From Candidatus Latescibacterota bacterium (lineage in GTDB: Bacteria > Latescibacterota > UBA2968 > UBA8231): a stretch of 64,000 nucleotides of DNA. The notes under the pieces were generated by a model. It was not told the origin of the DNA and did no database searches. It worked only from the letters and a program-made list of their open reading frames with translations. Positions 50,352 through 60,139 of the stretch are shown here, in pieces; position 1 is the stretch's first letter; each line of letters begins with the position of its first letter. Location of the stretch: positions 592,639-656,638 of the forward strand of contig CBDCNM010000002.1 of assembly GCA_965219385.1 (NCBI GenBank), in the 5' to 3' direction. Both the position numbers and the translations under genes were made by a program.

Positions 50352-51632
50352 ATGTCGCGCATTGTGGAAATCGAAGCCCACGACATCTTCCCTGCATATC
50401 AGGATTTCAACGCCACCCATCTGGCCCGTTCACACGGCCGGATAATACAGGGCCGCATCATCCTGGTTGTAAAGACCGACGACGGTCTGGAGGGCCTGGG
50501 GGAATACTGGGGTTTCGGCATCAATGTGGATGAACTGCGCGCCCGCTACATCGGTACCGATCCGTTCGACTGGTTGAACTCGCCCACCGAGTTGTGGATG
50601 AATATGGCCACCTATGATCTGATGGGCAAGAAGCTCGGGGTGCCGGCGTGGAGACTGATCGGTCCCCAGGTGCGTTCCTGGGTGCCGGTGGCGGCGTGGA
50701 CCGTGTCGCGACCGCCGGCGGACATGGCCGAAGAGGTGCGGCAGGCGGCCCGTCGCGGTTATCGCTGGATCAAGTACCACCTGGATCAGACGCAAAACGT
50801 CCTCGACCAGACCGAGGCCATGCAGGTGGCGGCGCCCCCCGGCTTCAAGGTGCACTACGACTTCAACGCCGACCTGGAATTCTACACCATCTGCCCGATC
50901 GTAAAGGATCTGGAGCGCTTTCCGGTTGCCGGCCGGATAGAGGACCCCATGGACCCTGGCGACGAAGACGGGTACCGGCTGCTGCGGGAAAAATGCAAGT
51001 TGCCCATGATCACCCACCACGGCCCGGCCGAGTTCATGGTCAAGAGAATCTGCGACGGCTTCATGGGTGGCCACGCCCCGGTGGGGGTGGCGGCCAAGCT
51101 GGCGGCGGTGGCGGAGATGACCCGCACTCCATTGATGCTGCAGAATTGTGGCGGCATCATCAACCAGGCCTTTCAGGCGCATCAGGCCGCCGTCTTCAAG
51201 ATGGCCACCATCGACCACGTAAATGTATGTCATTTGTGGAGGGAAGATGTCACGGTGGAACAGATGCCGGTGGTGGGCGGCTGGGTGCAGGTGCCGGAGG
51301 GACCGGGACTGGGGGTCACCCTCGACCGCGACAAGCTGGAGAAGTGCGCCGGCCAGAAGCCCCACGACCGGGGACGCTTTCTGGTGCGAATCCGCTACCC
51401 CGACGGCCTGACCGTGTACGTGCGCCACGATCCGGATCAGCCCGGAAGCGGTGGGGGAAGGCTGAGGGTTCTCGAACGCCTGCACGGGTTTGAAGTGCCT
51501 TCGCACGTTCCCTCGTACGCCGCTGCGGTGGCCGCCGACTTCTGGGAAGACAGCGAAGAGCCGGAGGCGTTTGCCCGCTGGTGGGCCGCAACCGAGTCGG
51601 GACCGGCCTGGGAGCAGCGGCCCCACGACTAG
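50352..51632 (+). CDS. Enolase-superfamily (MR/MLE) protein with a C-terminal extension
   Basis: KTDDGLEGLGE, YDLMGK, IKYH, YDFN, IEDP and PEGPGLGV motifs. Confidence 0.82.
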   Translation: MSRIVEIEAHDIFPAYQDFNATHLARSHGRIIQGRIILVVKTDDGLEGLGEYWGFGINVDELRARYIGTDPFDWLNSPTELWMNMATYDLMGKKLGVPAWRLIGPQVRSWVPVAAWTVSRPPADMAEEVRQAARRGYRWIKYHLDQTQNVLDQTEAMQVAAPPGFKVHYDFNADLEFYTICPIVKDLERFPVAGRIEDPMDPGDEDGYRLLREKCKLPMITHHGPAEFMVKRICDGFMGGHAPVGVAAKLAAVAEMTRTPLMLQNCGGIINQAFQAHQAAVFKMATIDHVNVCHLWREDVTVEQMPVVGGWVQVPEGPGLGVTLDRDKLEKCAGQKPHDRGRFLVRIRYPDGLTVYVRHDPDQPGSGGGRLRVLERLHGFEVPSHVPSYAAAVAADFWEDSEEPEAFARWWAATESGPAWEQRPHD

Positions 51633-51649
51633 AAATGGAGGACTGATTT

Positions 51650-52321
51650 ATGAATCTCGTGTTCGTTGGATGTGAATACACCGGCAAGTCCACCTTGGCC
51701 GGCGAGGTGATGAAGTGGGCGGAAAAGACCCTGGGAGGCACCAGCCATTTCCACGACCATTTCAGCGTCCCCTCGAGCGAGCTGACCCCGGAGGCGCAGG
51801 AATCGGTGCTGAAGGTGCATCCCCAGTTTCTGGAGATGTTCCAGCGCTTCTCGCTCACCTACCACCTCGACGATGCGTTCTACGCCCGACCCGATCACAA
51901 CCTGATGGGCTTTGTGATCGAAGAGGCCGTGTACGCGCCGCTCTACTACGGATACGGGGGTAGAGACACCCAGTCTCCCCAACGCAGCCCGGAAGGCCAG
52001 CGCACGGAAATGGCGCGCCGCTTCGAGGAACAGATGCTGGGGAAAGCGCCCGGTACGGTGCTGGTGCTGTTCAAAGCAGCCCCCGAGGTGATTCGGCGTC
52101 GCATGACAGAGGCTCCGCACGCGCACCAGATCGTCCGCGCTGAGGACGTCGAGTTGGTGCTGGCACGTTTCGAGGAGGAGTTCGAGGCCTCGCTGATACA
52201 GAAACGGATCGTCCTCGACACCTCGTCCTCGACGGTGGAGGAAACCCTGGCGGAGTTCGTGGAGCACTACCAGCCGTTCTTCAGCAGCGCCGACCTGCTG
52301 CGGATCCAGCCGACTCAATGA
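51650..52321 (+). CDS. P-loop nucleotide kinase-like protein
   Basis: VFVGCEYTGKST Walker A; APEVIRRR lid. Confidence 0.7.
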   Translation: MNLVFVGCEYTGKSTLAGEVMKWAEKTLGGTSHFHDHFSVPSSELTPEAQESVLKVHPQFLEMFQRFSLTYHLDDAFYARPDHNLMGFVIEEAVYAPLYYGYGGRDTQSPQRSPEGQRTEMARRFEEQMLGKAPGTVLVLFKAAPEVIRRRMTEAPHAHQIVRAEDVELVLARFEEEFEASLIQKRIVLDTSSSTVEETLAEFVEHYQPFFSSADLLRIQPTQ

Positions 52322-52510
52322 GCGCCAAAAGAGCGGTGCTGTCTTTTGAGTTCCCAAAGATGTGAAAGGAGTGATATAACCATGGTAGATTTTTTGGTGG
52401 GATGATTTAGCTTGACTTTGACACAAAAAATATGTAATATATACCTTACTTTAAAACAAAAATTTAGAAAATTACCTTTATTTTATTACAGATAGCGCGA
52501 CTTTCTGCCT

Positions 52511-53857
52511 GTGTTTTTCAGAAACATAATCGACCATCTGGAAGCCTGGGCCGACGATAAAGATCGAAAACCCCTGATGCTCAGAGGGGCCAGACAGGTA
52601 GGTAAAACAACGGCCGTACACCTGTTTGCCCGTCGTTTCGACCAGTACCTCTATCTCAATCTGGAAAAACCCGAAGACGCCGAACTCTTCCGGCGACCAC
52701 GCCCCGTCGCCGAACTCATTCAGGCCATCTTCTTCCTGAAAAATGCCTCGCCCGCCGCCGGACGCACCCTGCTTTTCCTCGACGAGATCCAGCAGGTACC
52801 CGAAGCGGTGGCTGCCCTGCGCTACTTTTACGAAGAGGCACCAAACCTCCACGTCATCGGCGCCGGCTCTCTGCTCGAAGCGCTGATTGGCGCCCGACAG
52901 ATCAGCTTCCCCATAGGCCGGGTGCAGTATCTGTTCATGTATCCACTGACCTTTGACGAGTTTCTGGGAGCCATCGGAGAAGAGCCGAGCCGGGCACTCT
53001 ATCACCAGGTGCCCTTGCCCGATTTCGCCCATTCCAAAATGCATCGCAGCTTCTATCGCTATGTTCTGATCGGCGGCATGCCGGAGGTCGTGCAGAAGTA
53101 TGCCGCGTCTCAGGACCTGGCAGCCCTCGGCTCGGTTTACCAGGCGTTGTTGACGGGTTATCTGGACGATGTGAGCAAGTACGCCCGCAACAGCACCATG
53201 GTCGAGGTAATCCGCCACGCCATAGAATCGGCGCCGTCCGAGGCCGGCAAGCGCATCAAGTTTCAGGGCTTCGGCCGATCCAATTACCGCTCGCGCGAAA
53301 TGGGTGAAGCCCTGCGGACCCTGGAACGGGCCATGCTGCTCTACCTGCTCTACCCTTCCACCTGCACCCGGATACCGGCTCTGCCGGATAAGCGCAAAGC
53401 CCCCAAGCTACTCTTTCTGGATACCGGATTGATCAATTACTTCGTCGGCCTGCAGCGGCACTTCTTCGCTTATGAAGATCTGCACGCCTTCTACCAGGGC
53501 ATCCTGGCCGAGCACATTGTTGGACAGGAACTGGTGAGCACCCATGCGGAGAGCAATCAGAAACCCGTGTTCTGGGTGCGGGAGAAAAAGCAGTCCAGCG
53601 CCGAGGTCGATTACCTCGTTCCTTGCGGAGATGTCCTCATTCCGGTGGAAGTCAAGTCCGGCAAGACCGGGACGCTGCGCTCTCTGCACCAGTTCATGGA
53701 ACAGACGAAACACCCTTACGCGGTGCGGCTGTACGCCGGTCCTTTGGAAAAGAGGCAGGTGAGCACGCCCGGCGGCAGGGGATTCACCCTGCTTAGTATG
53801 CCGTACTTTCTCGCCGGACAGCTCGAGCGCTACATCGAGTGGCTGACCGCTGGATAA
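52511..53857 (+). CDS. AAA_14 ATPase + DUF4143 protein
   Basis: GARQVGKT, LFLDEIQ, GGMPE, DTGL and EVDY..PVEVKSG motifs. Confidence 0.9.
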   Translation: MFFRNIIDHLEAWADDKDRKPLMLRGARQVGKTTAVHLFARRFDQYLYLNLEKPEDAELFRRPRPVAELIQAIFFLKNASPAAGRTLLFLDEIQQVPEAVAALRYFYEEAPNLHVIGAGSLLEALIGARQISFPIGRVQYLFMYPLTFDEFLGAIGEEPSRALYHQVPLPDFAHSKMHRSFYRYVLIGGMPEVVQKYAASQDLAALGSVYQALLTGYLDDVSKYARNSTMVEVIRHAIESAPSEAGKRIKFQGFGRSNYRSREMGEALRTLERAMLLYLLYPSTCTRIPALPDKRKAPKLLFLDTGLINYFVGLQRHFFAYEDLHAFYQGILAEHIVGQELVSTHAESNQKPVFWVREKKQSSAEVDYLVPCGDVLIPVEVKSGKTGTLRSLHQFMEQTKHPYAVRLYAGPLEKRQVSTPGGRGFTLLSMPYFLAGQLERYIEWLTAG

Positions 53858-53874
53858 AAACTTTATTTGCGTTG

Positions 53875-54759
53875 CTATTGGGAGGGGGGAAAGGTCTCCG
53901 GCCACTTCGGCTCGTAGTCGCTTTCGAAGAGCCAATCGAAATGGTCTGGCACGATGTGGGCGCGGTCCGGGCGCAGTTTGCGCCGCAGCCGGGGAAAGAA
54001 CATCATCACCTCATCGCGCTGGTTCTTCGGCAGCCCGCATGACACCCCTGCGGCGACCCACGACGTCCCCATCGCCTTGCGGGGCACGGTGTCCTCGTTC
54101 TGCCAGGCCGAGTGCAGTCCCGCGCTGCACAGCACCAGGATCTGACCCCGGCGTGCGACCGCGGCGGTCGGCTCGCGCTCGACCCAGGGCGTCTCACCCA
54201 TGTCCGGGATGTACTCGAGGAAGGCTGCGGCCGTCTCCGGCACCGGTCGCAGCCCGTGCACGCGGGGCAGGCTGACTTTGTGCTCGGGTCGAAGGATCCG
54301 GTCCCAGTGCTCCATGATGGGGCGGTGGCTGCCGGGAAGGATGCGCATGGCGCCGCGGTGCGCGGGCACGTCATTGAGCCAGAACCACAGCTCGGCCCGC
54401 ATCCGGCGAGGGGTCGCCTCGAAGTCCTCCAGCGTGGCCTGGATGTCCACGTGGCACCCCTGCGCCCACTGGTCGCGGCTGTTGACGTACGGCGGTTTGG
54501 CCGGGGCCCGCTCGTGGGGGGCCAGGCCCCACCACAGGTGAACCGCATCGGCGCGCAGCAGCTTTTTGGCCACCTCTTCGAAGTACGGGTGCTGAACGAT
54601 TTCGACGTAATCCGGCTCCTCGTATGGCGCACGGCCGTTCTGCTTCAATCTATCCCACGCCGCCTCCGCTCTGTCCAGCTGCTCTGTCGTGAAGGGGCTG
54701 TCGATGGTCACGGCCCCTTGCTCCTCGTACTGGGCCAACTGCGCGTCGGTAAACATCAT
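53875..54759 (-). CDS. Phytanoyl-CoA dioxygenase-family (2OG-Fe) protein
   Basis: HVD metal motif, GAMRILPGSH and LHSAW. Confidence 0.85.
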   Translation of the reverse strand: MMFTDAQLAQYEEQGAVTIDSPFTTEQLDRAEAAWDRLKQNGRAPYEEPDYVEIVQHPYFEEVAKKLLRADAVHLWWGLAPHERAPAKPPYVNSRDQWAQGCHVDIQATLEDFEATPRRMRAELWFWLNDVPAHRGAMRILPGSHRPIMEHWDRILRPEHKVSLPRVHGLRPVPETAAAFLEYIPDMGETPWVEREPTAAVARRGQILVLCSAGLHSAWQNEDTVPRKAMGTSWVAAGVSCGLPKNQRDEVMMFFPRLRRKLRPDRAHIVPDHFDWLFESDYEPKWPETFPPSQ

Positions 54760-54853
54760 GGACGTTCTCCATTGTGTTCCGGTTGGCCTGCCCTGACGCC
54801 CTGGGTGGCGGTGTTTCGCCGGCCGCCGCAATGGAACGGCGCCCCTGCCCCCT

Positions 54854-55912
54854 TCAGCTCACCGTCAGGAACTTCAGGCACACCGGCGTCGGCGCCGCGG
54901 TCTCGTCCCCCGTCGCCTGCAGCCGGCCGCTGGCCTGGTCGATGCGGAAGACCGGGATGGTGTCTGTGTTCTGCCCCCCCGAGTAGAGGAACCTGCCGCT
55001 CGGATCGAGAGCGAAGTTGCGGGGCGTCGCCGGCACCGCCTGGTGGCCCAGGGGGGTGAGCCGGCCGTCCTGGCCGATGGCGAACAGGGCGATCGAATCG
55101 TGGCCGCGGTTCGAACCGTAGAGGAAGCGGCCGTCCAGGGTCACGTGGATATCGGCGGTGTAGGTCTGCTCGCCGTAGTCGTCGGGGATGGTCGAGATCT
55201 CCTGGATCTGGCTCAACGCGCCGGCGGCCTCGTCGTAGGCGAAGGTGGTCACGGTGTTGCCCATCTCGTTGATCACGTAGCCGAAGCTGCGATTGGGGTG
55301 GAAGGCGAAGTGCCGCGGACCCGCGCCGGGAGTGACGTCGGTGGAGCCGTGCTCCTGCAGCTTGCCGCCCTCCAGGTCGAGTTCGTAGACGAGGATCTTG
55401 TCGAGGCCGAGGTCGGCGCAAAAAGCGAAGCGGTTCGCCGGATCGATGTTGAAGGAATGCGGGTGGGGGCTCTCCTGGCGCTGCGGGTTCGCACTCGAGC
55501 CCTCGTGCCTCTTGAAGTCGGTCATCGCGCCGAGGCTGCCGTCGCCGAGGATCGGGTGCATGCAGATCGAGCCGCCGCCGTAGTTCGCGCTCAGCACGTA
55601 GCGGCCGCTGGCGTCCACCGTGTTGTGGCATGGCGAGCCGACCGTGGGCTGCAGGTTGAGGAAGGTGAGCCCCCCCGAGGCGGGGTCGATGGAAAAGGCG
55701 CTGACGGCGCCGCCGCCGTCGAAGGTGTTCACCTCGTTCACGGCGTAGAGGTACCTGCCGCTCGGGTGCAGCGCCAGGTACGACGGGCAGTCCTCACAGG
55801 GGGTCTTGCCGAGGATCCTCAAAGCGCCGGAGGTGGTGTCGACCTCGCCATGGTAGATGGCGGCGTCACCTCTGGTGTAGTTGCCCAGGTAGACGAGAAG
55901 GCGGGAAGGCAT
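54854..55912 (-). CDS. Lactonase family (6-phosphogluconolactonase-like)
   Basis: YAVNE, ANYGGG, RQESPHPH, GAGPRH, SNRGHDSI and PRNF motifs. Confidence 0.9.
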   Translation of the reverse strand: MPSRLLVYLGNYTRGDAAIYHGEVDTTSGALRILGKTPCEDCPSYLALHPSGRYLYAVNEVNTFDGGGAVSAFSIDPASGGLTFLNLQPTVGSPCHNTVDASGRYVLSANYGGGSICMHPILGDGSLGAMTDFKRHEGSSANPQRQESPHPHSFNIDPANRFAFCADLGLDKILVYELDLEGGKLQEHGSTDVTPGAGPRHFAFHPNRSFGYVINEMGNTVTTFAYDEAAGALSQIQEISTIPDDYGEQTYTADIHVTLDGRFLYGSNRGHDSIALFAIGQDGRLTPLGHQAVPATPRNFALDPSGRFLYSGGQNTDTIPVFRIDQASGRLQATGDETAAPTPVCLKFLTVS

Positions 55913-56108
55913 GTCGGGACGGTCTCCTTTTGGGTTGCCGCGGGTGGCGGCGTACACAAGCACACAGGAAGAGCTTCAAAAAAAGAAGAAGGATCTGAAC
56001 ACCAGAAAAATACGATTTATCATCGCACTGTCAAGCCCGTTCTTCACCCGGCCGCAGCCGACCCTTCGACGCGGTCTTTTCAGGGCATTCATTGGTCTGG
56101 CGCCCTGC

Positions 56109-56855
56109 TCAATACGTCGCTCGTCCACCGCTGATATCAAAGCACTGCCCCGTGGTGAACGTCGACTCGTCCGAGGCCAGGAACAGGACGGTCGCCGCCA
56201 CCTCCTCGGGCCGGCCCAGCCTGCCAAGGGGGATCTTCAAGGTCAGAAAGTCGACGCGTTCCTGCTCCATCCCCTCCAGTATCGGCGAGTCGATCAAGGC
56301 CGGTGCGACACAGTTGACGCGGATCCCGTCCTCCAGGACTTCCCTGGCCAGGGTCTTGGTAAAGCAGATGACCCCCGCCTTGGATACCGAGTAGGGCGCC
56401 ATGTTGGCGTTGCCCTCTTTGCCGGAGATCGATCCCAACGAGACGATGACTCCCGACTTTCTGGGGATCATGTAGCGCAGAGCCGCGCGCGAGCACAGGA
56501 AGGTCCCCTTGAGATTGATGTCGAGGACGCGATCCCAGTCGTCCTCTTCGAGGGCTGCGACCGGCGTGTCGGTCCCCACAATCCCGGCGTTGTTGACCAG
56601 AATGTCCAGGCCTCCGAACCGGTCGACGACCGCGGCGAAGGCCCGGTCCACTTCGGCGGCCCTGGCCACATCGACGCCGATACCCATGGCAGATCCGTTG
56701 ATCTCATTCGCCGTTCGTCGGGCGCCGTCCAGGTTCACGTCCAGGATCGCGACTCGCGCGCCTTCCGCGGCAAAGCGCTGGGCAATGGCAGAGCCGATGC
56801 CTTGCGCCGCGCCGGTGACAATTGCGGCTTTTCCGTTGAGCGGTTGTGCGTCCAT
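56109..56855 (-). CDS. SDR-family oxidoreductase
   Basis: TGAAQGIG, NNAG and YSVSK motifs. Confidence 0.92.
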   Translation of the reverse strand: MDAQPLNGKAAIVTGAAQGIGSAIAQRFAAEGARVAILDVNLDGARRTANEINGSAMGIGVDVARAAEVDRAFAAVVDRFGGLDILVNNAGIVGTDTPVAALEEDDWDRVLDINLKGTFLCSRAALRYMIPRKSGVIVSLGSISGKEGNANMAPYSVSKAGVICFTKTLAREVLEDGIRVNCVAPALIDSPILEGMEQERVDFLTLKIPLGRLGRPEEVAATVLFLASDESTFTTGQCFDISGGRATY

Positions 56856-56917
56856 GAGGATCCTTTCTACACCAGGTCGATGCCGAGCAAGCCGGCATTG
56901 ACTTGGATCGGGTTATG

Positions 56918-56958
56918 AAAAACGGCCCCGAAGGCATTGCTCTTACTCTCCGGGGCCG
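56918..56958 (-). terminator. Probable intrinsic terminator downstream of tRNA-Arg
   Basis: Stem CGGCCCCG/CGGGGCCG followed by T5 on the minus strand. Confidence 0.6.
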
Positions 56959-56965
56959 ATCAATA

Positions 56966-57042
56966 TGGCGTGCCCAGCAGGATTCGAACCTGCGACCGTC
57001 TGCTTAGAAGGCAGATGCTCTATCCAGCTGAGCTATGGGCAC
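56966..57042 (-). tRNA. tRNA-Arg(TCT)
   Basis: GTGCCCATAGCTCAGCTGGATAGAGCATCTGCCTTCTAAGCAGACGGTCGCAGGTTCGAATCCTGCTGGGCACGCCA: cloverleaf, TCT anticodon, encoded CCA. Confidence 0.96.
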
Positions 57043-57295
57043 ACCTTAAGGCTGGCCTTAAACTTACAGCCATAAGTACGTAGAAATAATAGCTTTATAT
57101 AATATGAGTGGGTTCTATACTCTCCGATCTATTTATATCCTCTTCGCTCTGTTTGGGTTTGTTTTGGCCAATTTTGGCCAATTTTGGGCACCAAATACGA
57201 TAAATTATAGATCTTCTGCGCTAGATAGAAACGACGTAAACCCCGTTCTAATCTTAAAAAAATAGATATTCTTCTAAATCTTAACAAGGCCGGGC

Positions 57296-57562
57296 TCAAT
57301 CATTCTCAAAGTCGACCATATCTGCCTGAGCGCCGAAATGTAAGGCAATGGAATGATCGTAATAATCGTCTGTGGTCTTTGGAGAGGTATGTCCAAGTAA
57401 TTTCTGCACTATATCCAGGGGTACACCTTTGGAACGTAGATAGGTGGCATAGGTATGCCGTAGTGAGTGGAGAGAATAATATTCTGGCAAATCAGCGTCT
57501 CGGAGATATTTCTTGAACATATGGCTGACAGAATCTTTATGCCAGGACTTGTCTTTTCTATG
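57296..57562 (-). pseudogene. Tyrosine recombinase/integrase C-terminal remnant
   Basis: LHSLRHTYAT...VQKLLGHTSPKTTDDYY motifs. Confidence 0.88.
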
Positions 57563-57824
57563 TGATCCTCTTGATCTACTATTAGTTTCAGCAGATCCCA
57601 GACCAGATCCCTCTATCCATTGCCCAAACGTTCAAAAGTTCCAATTGTATCGAACCCTCCATGCTTTAGGTAGTCTGTTGATAAATTCCGCTAGACCAGA
57701 ATTGGCCAGAGAATATATAGAGGCATCGAACCAATATTTTCGTGACGTAATACAACATACTAAACGAAATGGTGTAAGCCTCAATATCTACGAACCTAAT
57801 TTGGCGGGCGGACTCACTTCTTTA

Positions 57825-58756
57825 GAGGCCGTCTGAAAACCATGTTTATTCTAAGCGAGTCGTTTGAGTAGCAAGTAAATCATGGCGATCTGAATCAACG
57901 CTTCGCTGTGGCGGGTCAACACTTCATAATCTCGGGCATGCCGACGAAAGTTCATCAACCACGCAAAGGTTCGTTCGACCACCCACCGTCGTTTGAGCGG
58001 TGTAAATCCATTTCCTTGTTTAGCGACGACTTCCAAGTCGATCTTATGCGTCTTTTTTAAGTCGGCTACCCACCCTTTGAGATCGGCTCCCGCAGAGCCG
58101 CCATCAACCCACAGCTTACGTAGCCTAGGTAGGCCGGGCGCAACATAGCGGGTCAACACCCGCTTCAAGCCGTCCCGATCGCCCACATCGGCGGCGGTGA
58201 CTTCCACCGGCCGGATCCATCCCAAGGTATCTACCCACAGGTGACGTTTGCGTCCTTTGATCTTTTTGCCGGCGTCATAACCGATTGTTTCTCCTTGGGT
58301 TGCCGTCTTGATGGTCTGGCTATCGACCCCGCCGGCCGACGGGGTTGATAGCCGACCCTGCCGGCGGCGTTCCCGCTGGGTGAGTCGATCCAATATCGGC
58401 GGCCAGACCCCTTGTAGGCTCCAGCGGCGAAAGTAGTCATACACCGTTTTCCACGGCCCCAAACTCGCGGGTAACAAAGCCCAAGGACAGCCGGTCTTGG
58501 TCAGATACAAAAGACCATTGATGATCTGGCGTGGATCCCGCCGCGGGCGGCCCGGCCCGCCAGGAGGCCACGTCGAGGCGGGTAGTAACGGCTTGATTAG
58601 ACGCCATTGCGCATCGGTTAGATCGGTGGCATATTCGTCGGCAGGCGTACTCATCATAGGGGCCTTTCTATTCAGATTTTGTGGTGAAACCTGAATATGG
58701 CCCGATGAGTACGCCGATTCAAATACGGGCTACATCAAGAGTTTTCAGACGGCCTC
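57825..58756 (-). mobile_element. IS5-family (IS1031-like) element 1; transposase 57851-58657
   Basis: 16-bp IRs GAGGCCGTCTGAAAAC; YATDLTDAQW, VDSQT, KGRKRH, WVDGG and RRWVVERTFAW motifs. Flanks are TTA and TGA. Confidence 0.93.
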
Positions 58757-58958
58757 TGAGGCGGCCGGCGGCATAGCGCGGATCCTCCAGGGCCTTTAGC
58801 AGGGGCTCGACTGCCTGCTCTTTGGCCAGTAGCAACTCGTGCTGGGCGTTGAGCTGGTCCTCTGGGCTGCCGCTCAGATTCTCGATGTGGTCTTCCAGCG
58901 AGGGGCCGCAGGCAAGACATAGAAACACGGGGGGGAACAAGGGTAAATAGAATTGCAT
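58757..58958 (-). pseudogene. Lipoprotein (HEAT-like) N-terminus truncated by IS5
   Basis: Lipobox CLAC; AVEPLLKALED; the frame runs into the IS end. Confidence 0.6.
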
Positions 58959-59152
58959 AAGACCAAAACAACGTAACTCGAAGCGACCTGTATCAAGGCT
59001 TCACCTAGATGATGGCTTCGATACGACTACAGGAACTCAATTTCGCAGTTTCTCAAGCAATTCTTTCCAAGTATTTGTGTTTTGTTTGTAGCTCACTGCG
59101 GCCATGAGTCCCTCATCAGGAGACTGAACCGCCAAAGCCCATCCAAGCCTTA

Positions 59153-60082
59153 GAAGCCGTCTGAAAACTCTAATTTTCATTTGATTCGTTTAAGTAGCAA
59201 GTGGATCATGGCAATCTGGATCAAGGCTTCACTATGGCGGGTCAAGACCTCATAATCTCGGGCATGTCGGCGAAAATTCATCAACCACGCAAACGTGCGC
59301 TCGACGACCCACCGGCGTTTAACTACGGTAAATCCGGAGCCTTGTTTGGCGACGACTTCCAAGTCTATTTTGTGCGTCTTTTTTTGGTTGGCCACCCACG
59401 TTCGGATGGCCTCGCCTTGGTAGCCGCCATCAACCCACAGCTTGCGTAACCGAGCCACGCCGGCGGCCTTCAAGCGGGTCAACACCTGCTTCAAACCCTC
59501 TCGATCCTCGACATCGGCGGCGGTGACCACCACCTGTCGAAGCAAACCCGACGGGTCCACCAACAGATGCCGTTTGCGGCCTTTGATCTTTTTGCCGGTG
59601 TCATAACCGGTTGTTTTACCATGCGTTGCGGTCTTAATCGTCTGACTATCGACTACGCCAGCCGACGGCATCGCAGCCCGGCCGCTCTGGCGGCGCTCCC
59701 TCTTGGTCAGCCGATCCAACACCAGCGGCCAGACCCCTTGCAGGCTCCAGCGACGAAAGTAATCATACACCGTTTTCCACGGCCCAAAACAAGCAGGCAA
59801 CAACGCCCAAGGACACCCCGTCTTGTTCAAATACAAAAGGCCGTTGACAAGCTGGCGTCGATCCCGCGGCGGCCGACCCGGACCGTGAAGCCGCCAGCGC
59901 GGCGCGGGCAGCAACGGTTCGATCCGCTGCCATTGTGCATCGGTTAGATCGGTGGCATATTGCATACGCGGTGTACTCATCATACAAGCCTTTCTGTTCA
60001 GAGTTTGTGGTGAAACCTGAATATGGCTCGATGAGTACGCCCGTTCAAATGCGGCTACATCAGAGGGTTTTCAGACGGCTTC
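59153..60082 (-). mobile_element. IS5-family element 2; transposase 59177-59983
   Basis: IRs GAAGCCGTCTGAAAAC; TTA target duplication; intact 268-aa DDE ORF. Confidence 0.95.
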
Positions 60083-60139
60083 TTAGAGCTATTTGGATAG
60101 ACCCGGCGTGTGGTATCGAATGACAAGCCGCGCAAGTGT

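Noticed and set aside
57513..57836. 107-aa plus-strand ORF
   Set aside because: It overlaps the integrase remnant and ends inside the IS IR; no recognisable family.
57825..60082. Composite transposon formed by the two IS5 copies
   Set aside because: The copies are diverged with different IRs, element 2 has its own TTA duplication, and the cargo is only fragments.
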